A stretch of 64,000 bases of DNA, taken from contig CAVVYM010000003.1 in NCBI GenBank assembly GCA_963752505.1, positions 158,223 to 222,222 of the forward strand, in the 5' to 3' direction. This document shows positions 51,091 to 61,233 of the stretch, in pieces. Both the position numbers and the translations under genes were made by a program. This stretch comes from an uncultured Actinomycetes bacterium (GTDB taxonomy: Bacteria; Actinomycetota; Actinomycetes; S36-B12; UBA10799). The notes below the pieces were generated by a model. That model saw only the letters and a program-made list of their open reading frames with translations. It was not told the origin of the DNA and searched no databases. Position 1 is the stretch's first letter. Each line of letters begins with the position of its first letter.

Positions 51091-52724
51091 CGACCGGACC
51101 CTTGATCGTGCAGAGCGACAAGACTCTGCTGCTCGAAGTGGAACACCCCGACGCCGATCAGGCCCGCCGCGACATCGCGCCGTTCGCCGAACTCGAACGA
51201 GCACCTGAGCACGTTCACACCTACCGCATCACCCCGCTTGCGTTATGGAATGCGCGGGCCGCGGGGCATGACGCTGAGGGTGTCATCGACACGCTCATGA
51301 CCTACTCGCGCTACGCCGTGCCGCACGCGTTGCTGGTCGATATCGCCGACACGATGGATCGCTACGGCCGGTTGCGGCTGCTCAACCACCCTGCGCACGG
51401 CCTCGTGCTCGAGTCGTTGGACGCGCCGGTGCTCGAGGAGGTGCTGCGCTCCAAGAAGGTTGCACCGTTGATGGGCCCACGTATCGATGAGGGCATGGTG
51501 GCGGTGCACCCGTCGGAGCGCGGGCACCTCAAGCAGGTGCTGCTGAAACTGGGGTGGCCGGCGGAAGATCTTGCCGGCTACGTCGATGGCGAGGCACACC
51601 CGATTCAACTGGATGAAACCGATTGGGCGCTGCGGGACTATCAGCGCCACGCGGCCGAGAGTTTCTGGCACGGCGGATCCGGCGTCGTGGTGCTGCCCTG
51701 CGGGGCCGGCAAGACGCTGGTCGGGGCGGCGGCCATGGCCATGGCACAGGCGACCACCCTGATCCTGGTGACGAACACCGTCTCGGCGCGCCAATGGCGA
51801 GATGAACTGTTGCGCCGCACTTCGCTGTCCGAGGACGAGATCGGGGAGTATTCGGGTGCCCGGAAGGAAGTCCGCCCGGTCACGATCGCCACCTATCAAG
51901 TGCTCACAACCCGCCGCAAGGGTGTGTACAGCCATTTGGATCTGCTCGACGCGCGGGACTGGGGTCTCATCCTGTACGACGAGGTTCACCTGCTGCCGGC
52001 GCCCATCTTCCGCTTCACCGCCGACATTCAGGCGCGTCGCCGGTTGGGTCTCACCGCCACGCTCGTGCGCGAGGATGGCTTGGAGGACGACGTCTTCAGC
52101 CTCATCGGACCCAAACGTTTCGATGCGCCGTGGAAGGAGATCGAAGCACAGGGCTACATCGCGCCGGCCGAGTGCACCGAGGTGCGAGTGACGCTACCTG
52201 AGGGTGAGCGACTGGCCTACGCCATGGCCGAGCCCGAAGAGCGCTACCGGCTTGCCGCCTCCACCCACATGAAGACTCGAGTGGTCGAGGCGCTGCTGAG
52301 TAAGCACGAGGGTGAGCGGGTGCTGGTGATCGGGCAGTATCTCGACCAGTTGGCCGAACTCGGGGAACTGCTTGATGCCCCCGTCGTGACGGGCGACACC
52401 ACCGTGCGGGAGCGGCAGGTGCTCTTCGAGCAATTCCGATCCGGCGAATTGCGCACGCTGGTGGTCTCAAAGGTGGCGAACTTCTCGCTGGATCTACCCG
52501 AAGCCGGCGTCGCAGTGCAGATTTCGGGTTCCTTCGGCAGCCGGCAGGAGGAGGCGCAGCGCCTCGGCCGGATTCTGCGGCCGAAGAGTGACGGACGCAC
52601 CGCGCACTTCTACACCGTGGTGGCGCGCGACACCGTCGATGCCGACTTCGCCGCGCACCGACAGCGGTTTCTGGCCGAGCAGGGCTACTCCTACCGAATT
52701 GTCGATGCAGACGCCTTGAACTAG
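51087..52724 (+). CDS. xpb: XPB/ERCC3-type superfamily 2 DNA helicase
   Basis: Walker A LPCGAGKT, DEVH box (LYDEVHLLPA), helicase motifs TATLVRED and QEEAQRLGRILR, and a damage-recognition-like N-terminal domain. Confidence 0.9.
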   Translation: MTTGPLIVQSDKTLLLEVEHPDADQARRDIAPFAELERAPEHVHTYRITPLALWNARAAGHDAEGVIDTLMTYSRYAVPHALLVDIADTMDRYGRLRLLNHPAHGLVLESLDAPVLEEVLRSKKVAPLMGPRIDEGMVAVHPSERGHLKQVLLKLGWPAEDLAGYVDGEAHPIQLDETDWALRDYQRHAAESFWHGGSGVVVLPCGAGKTLVGAAAMAMAQATTLILVTNTVSARQWRDELLRRTSLSEDEIGEYSGARKEVRPVTIATYQVLTTRRKGVYSHLDLLDARDWGLILYDEVHLLPAPIFRFTADIQARRRLGLTATLVREDGLEDDVFSLIGPKRFDAPWKEIEAQGYIAPAECTEVRVTLPEGERLAYAMAEPEERYRLAASTHMKTRVVEALLSKHEGERVLVIGQYLDQLAELGELLDAPVVTGDTTVRERQVLFEQFRSGELRTLVVSKVANFSLDLPEAGVAVQISGSFGSRQEEAQRLGRILRPKSDGRTAHFYTVVARDTVDADFAAHRQRFLAEQGYSYRIVDADALN

Positions 52725-52735
52725 GTCCGCGCGCC

Positions 52736-53203
52736 TCAGGCCTCCGTGGTGATTCGGAAAACCCAGATGCCGCGGAGGTCGTTCTCGCCGTTCTCGCCCA
52801 CCGCCTGAACGCGCATTTCCAGACCCTCCTCGGGTAGCGCCTGGAATTCGGGGAACGTGAAGCGGAAGTAGGTGCTGGTGATGGGAGTCTCGCTGAGTCG
52901 CTCGGTGCCGATCACCGGGTACCAACCGTTGTCGCTGACGACGGGATCAACACTGATGCCCACCACGCTGCCCGGGAGGACGTTGATACTCGGAGCCGCG
53001 CCGCCCTCGCCGGCCGCCGCCACGATGCTCGCGGCACAGCCTTGAGCTTGAATGGGCTCAGCGGGGTCCTCCGACCAGCACAGGGCACGGCTCCACTCGG
53101 AATTCGTCCCCGAGAAGACGGTCACCAGCGGCGCGGGCTTCTCACAGGCGGTGAGCGCCGCCATTGAGCCAAGCGCGATCCCGAGCACTGCCAGGCGCTT
53201 CAT
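52736..53203 (-). CDS. secreted lipoprotein (DUF2771-like)
   Basis: Signal peptide with lipobox LTAC. 155 aa. Confidence 0.65.
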   Translation of the reverse strand: MKRLAVLGIALGSMAALTACEKPAPLVTVFSGTNSEWSRALCWSEDPAEPIQAQGCAASIVAAAGEGGAAPSINVLPGSVVGISVDPVVSDNGWYPVIGTERLSETPITSTYFRFTFPEFQALPEEGLEMRVQAVGENGENDLRGIWVFRITTEA

Positions 53204-54010
53204 CTACGTCTCCTCTTCAGGTGTTTCGTCGGCTGCTACTTCCTCGTCCAGCTCCGCATCGGGCACCACGAACGTGATCATCTCGTAGCCGAGTTCGTCG
53301 AGCACGACGTCCGACGTCGGTTGGTTGGCGACCACCACGTTCTCGCTGTGGGCACCGCAGCCGTAGTCCAGGGTGACCACGCGGGCGTCGGCTGGTGACA
53401 TCGCGTTGGCGCAGACGCCGAAGGCCAGGCCGAGTGGACCGCCCAGATGCAGCAGCCACCCGCAGGTGGAGCACGTTGAGGTCGCGAACTTCGCCATCGG
53501 TGCTGAGGGCCCGCGGTCACCGGACCGCCACCGGTGCGCGGCCTCGTCCCGACCCAGCGCCGACATGACTCGGGGTCGTCCCAAACCCGGCTCCCACCAG
53601 GACGGTTGGAGATCGTCGTCGTCCGGGTTCTCGCCGTCGGCGGTGTAACCAGGAACTAGGCGTTCGTCGTCGGGGTCCGCCGGAATCACGTCGCCAACGC
53701 CGAGGTCGTCGGGCCGCAGACGTTCGCCGAAGGGCACCCACTCGGGTGCGACGATGGAATCGGGGCCGGGCACGAGCACGACGTCGTCCACCGTCGGCGT
53801 GCGGGATTTCGGTGCGCGGGCGACGGTGACCGACCAGTACCACCCGCGGTAGGCCGGATCGGTGCACTCGAACAGGTGTGTGGCGAGGCGCTTCGCCTCC
53901 GCCTCGGCACCCAGGTAGGCCCCCACCTGGCCTGGGCCGGCTTCAGACTCGGCCGCAGCCCTCGCAAGGTCGATCGCCCGTTCGATGACGGGATCCAAAG
54001 TCTTGGTCAC
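53204..54010 (-). CDS. DUF3027-type protein (Cys-cluster protein conserved in actinobacteria)
   Basis: CSTCGW...FGVCAN...DYGCGAHS cysteine pattern. GTG 54010 forms a GTGA overlap with the upstream gene. Confidence 0.65.
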   Translation of the reverse strand: MTKTLDPVIERAIDLARAAAESEAGPGQVGAYLGAEAEAKRLATHLFECTDPAYRGWYWSVTVARAPKSRTPTVDDVVLVPGPDSIVAPEWVPFGERLRPDDLGVGDVIPADPDDERLVPGYTADGENPDDDDLQPSWWEPGLGRPRVMSALGRDEAAHRWRSGDRGPSAPMAKFATSTCSTCGWLLHLGGPLGLAFGVCANAMSPADARVVTLDYGCGAHSENVVVANQPTSDVVLDELGYEMITFVVPDAELDEEVAADETPEEET

Positions 54011-54282
54011 GGTGTCTGATGGTCCTCTTCTGCGTTGGCTGTCGTCGCCGCCCGATATACGTTGCGGCGACGGATTACGTACCACAGGCCCAAGAGCCCC
54101 AGGCCCGTGCCAACCGCGCAGACCCACAGCCACCAACTTGCGTCGGCGTCGGCTAGTTGGTCACGGAAGAACACCACCAGAATCAGTCCGGCGACAGCCC
54201 ACAACACGGTACCCACCGCCACGGCGGAGACACCATCCGCGTCGACCGGTCGGGTCGCGAGGTCGTCGTCGGAGCTTTGCAC
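54007..54282 (-). CDS. DUF2530-type small membrane protein
   Basis: 91 aa with two TM segments. Confidence 0.55.
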   Translation of the reverse strand: MQSSDDDLATRPVDADGVSAVAVGTVLWAVAGLILVVFFRDQLADADASWWLWVCAVGTGLGLLGLWYVIRRRNVYRAATTANAEEDHQTP

Positions 54283-54391
54283 ATGCTCAGGCTACCCGAG
54301 CGTTGTGCTCCGGTGCCCGCCGCTCGTTGTGGATCGCGTTACTGTGCTCAGGTGGATCCCAGGACGCGTCGGCTGATCACGCTTGGAGTGC

Positions 54392-54676
54392 TCATTGGCT
54401 TGGTTGTCCTGGCGGCGTTCGCTGCCCTCGCTTCCTAGCGATCTCGGCGGCTTCGCGCTCCAACTCGCCGATAGTCACCTGGAGTTCGTCGGTGATGAGC
54501 CAAAGTCGGTCGATGGTCACAGCATGAACGCCGTTCTCGAGTCGGCCCACTGACTTGCGATCCCATCCGACGCGCCCGGCGAGGTACTCCTGCGACCAGC
54601 CGAGTCGTATGCGCCGTTCGAGGATCGCCTGGCCCAGGAAGTACCGGCGCCGCAATGCGCGGTAGTCATCGGCCAC
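54392..54676 (-). CDS. XRE-family helix-turn-helix transcriptional regulator
   Basis: RIRLGWSQEYLAGRVGWDRKSVGRLENG is a typical HTH_3 motif. Confidence 0.75.
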   Translation of the reverse strand: MADDYRALRRRYFLGQAILERRIRLGWSQEYLAGRVGWDRKSVGRLENGVHAVTIDRLWLITDELQVTIGELEREAAEIARKRGQRTPPGQPSQ

Positions 54677-54759
54677 GCAACGAACTTGGTGCCGATCGCG
54701 GGCTACGTCAGTACCACAGTTGGTACATTTTGCGAGATTCGCAGCGCGGTTGCCGCGCC

Positions 54760-55242
54760 CTAGCGAGTGGGAAGCGTTGCCGGTCTCGCGGCGGCCGGCA
54801 CACCCGCGGCCGGAGTGATGGGGAGCGGCTGGATTGGCGGAGACGTGGGCGACGGCGGCGACGGCGGCGACGGCGTTACGGTGGGCGAGGAGGTCGGTGA
54901 CTCGGTCGGGGTAGTCGTGGGCGAGGGGCTACCGGAGTCGGTAGGACTGCCCGTCGGGGTGGGGCTCGTGGACGGACTTGGGCTACCCGAGGTGGGCGAC
55001 GCGGTGGTCGGTGTAGTCGGCTCCGGGAGCGTGGGCTCGGTCGGGAGCATGGTGGGGAACTGTTGCGGCTGCGGGGTGTCGGACTCCGGGCCTGTGAGCG
55101 CGAACAACGTGCCGATCGCCAGCCCGGCCACGGCCAACACCGCGATCAGCCCTAGGACCCGGCCAGCGGTGGTCGGCGGCGGTGGAGCCCCATCGGCGCC
55201 GGGTGAGTCCCCGGGCGTCGGCGGTAGCGGCTCGGTTGGCAT
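54760..55242 (-). CDS. Pro/Thr/Ser-rich membrane-anchored protein
   Basis: One TM helix (VLGLIAVLAVAGLAIGTLFAL), then about 100 aa of PTS low complexity. Confidence 0.5.
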   Translation of the reverse strand: MPTEPLPPTPGDSPGADGAPPPPTTAGRVLGLIAVLAVAGLAIGTLFALTGPESDTPQPQQFPTMLPTEPTLPEPTTPTTASPTSGSPSPSTSPTPTGSPTDSGSPSPTTTPTESPTSSPTVTPSPPSPPSPTSPPIQPLPITPAAGVPAAARPATLPTR

Positions 55243-55323
55243 ATGGCCAGGCTAGGGCCGAAGACCCGACCATGTCCGGCGGTCTGTTCCGAGCGCCGGA
55301 ATTCCGCGCGGCTCCGAGGCGAC

Positions 55324-56444
<1,121 letters not shown>

Positions 56445-57602
56445 GCCTCCGAGGTGCCGTCGGGTAGTCCGCCGTGTTGAGTTGGGCGGTATCCGGAGGG
56501 GGCGATCTCTCAACGGATCCCAGCCTCGCACTTGCTCGGGCTGGCGGGGCCCTGGCCCGATGTAGCGCGCACTCGGTCGGATCAGGCGCCCGGTGCGCTT
56601 CTGCTCCAGCACGTGGGCACTCCATCCGGCAAGTCGGGCGCAGGTGAACATCGAGGTGAACATGTGCGGGGGAACCTCGGCGTAGTCGAGCACGATGGCG
56701 GCCCAGAACTCGACGTTGGTCTCGAGTACGCGGTCCGGGCGGCGCTCGCGCAACTGGGCCAGCGCGGCCTGCTCAAGTGCTTCGGCAACTTCGTAGCGCG
56801 GAGCGTCGAGTTCCTTCGCGGTGCGGCGCAGCACCTTCGCCCGCGGGTCTTGGGCCCGGTAGACGCGGTGGCCGAAGCCCATGAGGCGCTGACCGGAGTC
56901 CAGCACGTTGCGCACGTAGCCGTCGGCGTCCCCGGAGCGCTCAATCTGCTCGATCATCCCGAGCACGCGCGACGGCGCGCCGCCGTGCAGCGGTCCACTC
57001 ATCGCGCCGATTGCGCCGGAGATCGCGGCGGGCACGTCGGCTCCGGTCGATGCGATCACCCGCGCGGTGAAGGTGGAGGCATTCATGCCGTGCTCGGCAG
57101 CCGACGTGAAGTAGGCATCTACCGCCTGCACGTGCCTGGGATCTGGCTCGCCGCGCCAGCGCACCATGAAGCGCTCGACGATCGTGGTCGCTTCGTCGAT
57201 GCGGGCCTGCGGCACCATGGGTTGCCCAACTCCGCGCGCGGCCTGGGCGACGAACGACATGGCCATCACTGACACCCGCGCGAGATCCTCCTCGGCCTGG
57301 GCATCGTCGATGTCCAGCAGCGGACGCAGGCCCCAGGCGGGGGCCAGCATCGCGATAGCCGACTGCACGTCCACCCGCACGTCCCCGGAATGCACCGGAA
57401 TCGGAAACGGCTCGGCGGGGGTGGGGCCGGCGGTGAACGAGTTGTTGACCAGCAGGCTCCACACGTTGGCGAATGAAACCCGGCCCACCAGGTCTTCGAT
57501 ATCCACCCCCCGATAGCGAAGCGCGCTGCCCTCCTTATCCGGTTCCGCGATCTCGGTCTCGAACGCGATGACGCCTTCTAGGCCAGGGACGAAGTCGGAC
57601 AT
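56445..57602 (-). CDS. citrate synthase family protein (CitA type); no in-frame stop before serC
   Basis: ATG 57602 after AAGGAGA. GLEGVIAFETEI, HGGA, and GFGHRVY motifs. Homology ends near 56520 (…VRGW), but the frame stays open through a 25-codon linker into serC and only closes at 55815. Confidence 0.8.
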
Positions 57603-57705
57603 TGGGTCTCCTTGCGAGGTTTGGGAGCGGGATCGCCGCACTGTTCCGGTTGTGATCCTACCCAGGCGTTTGCGGACGAGGGCAAAACTCCGCGACTATG
57701 ACCCC

Positions 57706-58386
57706 ATGAGTTTGTGGCAGCCACCGGATCTGGCTGGGATGCGAGTGTCCTACGACGCCGGGCAATTGCGGCGGGCCGACCTGCATCCGACCCCGCTCGC
57801 GCAATTCCTCAGTTGGCTGCAGGAAGTGACTGATGCCGGGGTGCCCGAACCGAACGCGATGATCCTGGCCACGGCGAGCGAATCGACCGGTGTCTCGGCG
57901 CGCACGGTGCTGCTCAAGGGGGCAGATCCACGCGGCTTCACCTTCTTCACGAATTACACCTCCCGCAAGGGGATGGCGCTGGCCGAACGGCCGCAGGCGT
58001 CGGTGGTGTTCCCCTGGTTCGCACTGCACCGGCAGGTGACCGTGATCGGTGAGGTGGAACGACTCCCGCCGCACGAGACGGCCGAGTACTTCCGCAGCCG
58101 ACCGAGGGGGTCGCAGTTGGCGGCGTGGGCCTCGCGGCAGTCGAGTCCGATTGACGACCGCCGCGTCCTGGACGAGCGGCTCGCCGAGTTAGCGCGGCGC
58201 TGGCCAGAGGGCGCGGAGGTGCCGGTACCAGAGTTCTGGGGTGGCTATCTACTCCGTGCCCAGTCGGTCGAGTTCTGGCACGGCCGCGTGTCGCGGATGC
58301 ACGATCGGCTCCGCTATGAGGCCCTTGAGAGCGGAGGATCCCTAGACGACCCGATGATGTGGCGGGTGCAGCGGTACTCGCCTTGA
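57706..58386 (+). CDS. pdxH: pyridoxamine 5'-phosphate oxidase
   Basis: ARTVLLKG..GFTFFTNYTSRKG, FWHGR...HDRLRY, and a C-terminal W..QRYSP. Confidence 0.9.
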   Translation: MSLWQPPDLAGMRVSYDAGQLRRADLHPTPLAQFLSWLQEVTDAGVPEPNAMILATASESTGVSARTVLLKGADPRGFTFFTNYTSRKGMALAERPQASVVFPWFALHRQVTVIGEVERLPPHETAEYFRSRPRGSQLAAWASRQSSPIDDRRVLDERLAELARRWPEGAEVPVPEFWGGYLLRAQSVEFWHGRVSRMHDRLRYEALESGGSLDDPMMWRVQRYSP

Positions 58387-58489
58387 ACCCCTTGTGAGCG
58401 ACGTGGGGCGCCCGCTGCGGGCGACACGAATCCACGGTCGGCGTGGCGGCCGGAGGGGGCGTCAGTATCCATGCGAGACTGAGCGGATT

Positions 58490-59287
58490 ATGGTTCGCAC
58501 CTCCCGCCCGCCCGTCGAGACCACCACGGTGCTGTCGGTGCTGTCTCTCAAGGGTGGCGTGGGCAAGACGTCGTTGGTGCTCGGCATGGCGGGAGCCGCC
58601 GAGGAACGTGGAATTTCGACCCTCGTAGTGGATCTTGATCCACAGGCCAACGCCACGTCCGCGCTGGATCCGGTCGCCGCGCCGTACTCAATCTCAGACG
58701 TGCTGCACGACGCGCGGCCGGGGCTGGCGGCCGAAGCCATCGTGGCCTCCTGTTGGGGCCCCGACGTCCACCTCATCCCCTCCGAACGGGCGCTCGAGCA
58801 CCGCGCTGCGGAGACTGCGCCCGGTTCGGAACGGCGGCTGCGTACCACGTTGCTCGGCGTGACCTCGAGCTACCGCCTGGTGCTCATCGATTGCCCGCCC
58901 AACCTTGGTGAGTTGACGCGTAACGCGCTGTACGCCTCCGACCGAGCACTGGTGGTGACCGAGCCCTCGTTCTTTGCGGTCCAGAGTGCCGCACAAGCCG
59001 TGGACGCCATCGAAGTGGCGCGCGCCTCGGGACACGACGATTTGGCGCTCACGGGAATCATCGCCACGCGGGTGCGGCCCAGATTCGCCGAGCACAAGTA
59101 CCGGCTGGCCGAGTTGCGTGAGGCCTTTGGCGACGTCGTGCTCTCGCCGATCCCGGACCGTACCGCGATCCAGCAGGCACAGGGTGCGTGCGTGCCGGTG
59201 CAGCGTTGGCGCAGTGCTTCAGCCAGGGCCGCCAGCGAAGCGTTTGATCAGTTGCTCGATGAGGCGCTTGCGCCCGTTAACCGATGA
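58490..59287 (+). CDS. ParA/Soj-like P-loop ATPase
   Basis: Deviant Walker A LKGGVGKTS, then VVDLDPQANAT and VLIDCPP. Confidence 0.8.
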   Translation: MVRTSRPPVETTTVLSVLSLKGGVGKTSLVLGMAGAAEERGISTLVVDLDPQANATSALDPVAAPYSISDVLHDARPGLAAEAIVASCWGPDVHLIPSERALEHRAAETAPGSERRLRTTLLGVTSSYRLVLIDCPPNLGELTRNALYASDRALVVTEPSFFAVQSAAQAVDAIEVARASGHDDLALTGIIATRVRPRFAEHKYRLAELREAFGDVVLSPIPDRTAIQQAQGACVPVQRWRSASARAASEAFDQLLDEALAPVNR

Positions 59288-59299
59288 GGAGGTAGGTCG

Positions 59300-59752
59300 A
59301 TGGCCCACAATCCAGCCCCGCGCCCGGCGCTCAGGAAAGCTCCAGACTCCGGCGTCCACCCCGCAGCCCCGGTTGTGGCTCCCGGGTCTCCGCCTCCGGT
59401 GGTGGAGCCACCCGCCCCAAAACGCACGACGCATGCCGTGACGCCCGCCAAAGCGCCGCGTCCGGCGCACTTGCGCCCAGTCGTCGGCTTGGGGGGATCC
59501 ACGTCGGATGCCATCCGGCTGGCGCCGGAGAAGGGCGGCAAGAAGGGCGGCAAGAAGAGCACGAAGTCGATGTCGGCTAAGCAGCGCAAGAAGCTCGACA
59601 AGAAGGCACGCAAGCGGCACGAGCGGCGGGTGAGCCTGCAGGTTGAGGTGCCAAAAGAGGTGCGAAGCAAACTGCGGAAGAACGCGAAGGCCCGTGGCAC
59701 CAGCGTCGATGACGTGGTCACGGCGGTGCTCGAGGGCTGGCTCGAGTCCTAG
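59300..59752 (+). CDS. Pro- and Lys-rich protein with a putative C-terminal ribbon-helix-helix domain (ParG-like partner candidate)
   Basis: Lies 13 nt after the parA-like gene. The tail RRVSLQVEVPKEVRSKLRKNAKARGTSVDDVVTAVLEGWL has a strand-helix-helix pattern. The RHH call is an inference. Confidence 0.55.
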   Translation: MAHNPAPRPALRKAPDSGVHPAAPVVAPGSPPPVVEPPAPKRTTHAVTPAKAPRPAHLRPVVGLGGSTSDAIRLAPEKGGKKGGKKSTKSMSAKQRKKLDKKARKRHERRVSLQVEVPKEVRSKLRKNAKARGTSVDDVVTAVLEGWLES

Positions 59753-59766
59753 CCCAAGGGCCGCAA

Positions 59767-61233
59767 CTAGGAGGCGCCCGGTTGGCTGGCGGCCTTCATA
59801 GCGCGGTGCCGCTCGAGGGCCTCGAGGCGTTCGGTGGCGTGATTGACCATCGGCGCGGGATAGTCCGGCGCCAGCAATGGGTGCTGCCACGGTTCGTGGG
59901 CTCCGGCACCGGCGAGGCCGCGCAATTCGGGCACGTAGCGCCGCACGTAGTCGGCGTTCGGGTCGAACTTCTTCCCTTGTGCGATCGGGTTGAACACCCG
60001 GTGGAAGGGGGAGGCATCCGTCCCACAACCGGCCGTCCACTGCCAGCCGGCGACATTGCTGGCCAGGTCCCCGTCGCGTAGCCGAGCCATGAACCACTTC
60101 GCACCCCACCACCAGGGCAGGTGGAGGTCCTTGACGAGGAACGAGGCCACCACCATCCGCACCCGGTTGTGGATCCAACCCTCGGCAAGCAACTGCCGCA
60201 TCCCGGCGTCCACGATCGGGAATCCCGTCCGCCCGGTGCACCACGCGTCGAACGCTGCCCGGGCTTCGGCACCGCTGTTGTAGACCATGTGGGTATCGAA
60301 TCGCTGGTCCAGCGACTGGGTCGCCGAGTCCGGCCGATGCCACAGCACATCGGCGTAGAACTCACGGAAGGCGATTTCGCGACGGAACGCCTCGGCCGAG
60401 GACGATGCCCCCAGTCCGGCGAGGTCGAACAGCAGCGTGCGCGGGTGGATTTCGCCGAATCGAAGGTGCGCGCTGAGCTGCGAAGTGCCGGCGGTGTCCG
60501 GCCGGTCGCGCAGCTGGCCGTAGTCCGCCAGACCGTCGTGCCAGAAGCGAACCCAACGTTCGTGCGCCGCCTCCTCGCCGGCCGACGCCAAGGTTTCGCG
60601 GGGCTGCGGTGCGTCCAATTCGGCGAGCCGCTGATCGAACCATTCCGGATCCTCCCCGGCCAGTCGGCACCAGGTCACCTCGGGTCGTCTCAGCGGGTGC
60701 GGGGGGTTTGGTGCCGCGCTGCTTGCCGGTTCCCCCGCAGGGGCACGCCAGCCATGACTCAACCAGGACCGGTAGAAGGGCGTGTACACGCGGTAGGGGG
60801 TGCCATCGGCCTTCGTGATGCGACCCGGGCTCACGGCGTACGGTGAACCGGTGGCCACGAGGCGGCGGCTTTCGCTTTCCAACGCGGCGGCAACTCCCGC
60901 GTCCCGGGAGCGGCCGTAGGGTCCGAAATCGGCGCTGATGTGAACCTCGTCGGCGTCTACTTCCTTTGCGACGGCAGTCACCACCGACGTCGGGTCGCCC
61001 AATCGAATCACTAGCGCGCCGGCCATCGATGTGCTGAGCGCTGCGACCGATGCGGCCAGGCGGCGACTGCGCACGGAAGCATCGAGCAGCCGTGGATCGA
61101 CCACGAACAGGCCCACGACCGATCCGCCGCCGTCGGCCGCCCGCAGCAGGGCCGGATTGTCGGCCAGTCGAAGGTCCCGCCGGAACCACATGATGCGCGT
61201 CGGGCCGGCACCCGAACGGGCGTTCACGTTCAC
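59767..61233 (-). CDS. phr: deoxyribodipyrimidine photolyase (cryptochrome/photolyase family)
   Basis: IMWFRRDLRLADNPAL at the N-terminus, and FAD-binding C-terminal motifs (WIHNRVRMVVASFL, DGDLASNVAGWQW). GTG 61233 overlaps the ideR stop (GTGA). GTG 61227 is also possible. Confidence 0.9.
   Translation of the reverse strand: MNVNARSGAGPTRIMWFRRDLRLADNPALLRAADGGGSVVGLFVVDPRLLDASVRSRRLAASVAALSTSMAGALVIRLGDPTSVVTAVAKEVDADEVHISADFGPYGRSRDAGVAAALESESRRLVATGSPYAVSPGRITKADGTPYRVYTPFYRSWLSHGWRAPAGEPASSAAPNPPHPLRRPEVTWCRLAGEDPEWFDQRLAELDAPQPRETLASAGEEAAHERWVRFWHDGLADYGQLRDRPDTAGTSQLSAHLRFGEIHPRTLLFDLAGLGASSSAEAFRREIAFREFYADVLWHRPDSATQSLDQRFDTHMVYNSGAEARAAFDAWCTGRTGFPIVDAGMRQLLAEGWIHNRVRMVVASFLVKDLHLPWWWGAKWFMARLRDGDLASNVAGWQWTAGCGTDASPFHRVFNPIAQGKKFDPNADYVRRYVPELRGLAGAGAHEPWQHPLLAPDYPAPMVNHATERLEALERHRAMKAASQPGAS

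Noticed and set aside
54780-55030. Short GC-rich periodic repeats (ggcgacggc units); considered as a CRISPR-like or VNTR feature
   Set aside because: They are the coding sequence of the Pro/Thr/Ser low-complexity tail of 54760..55242, read on the opposite strand. There is no repeat-spacer architecture anywhere in the window.
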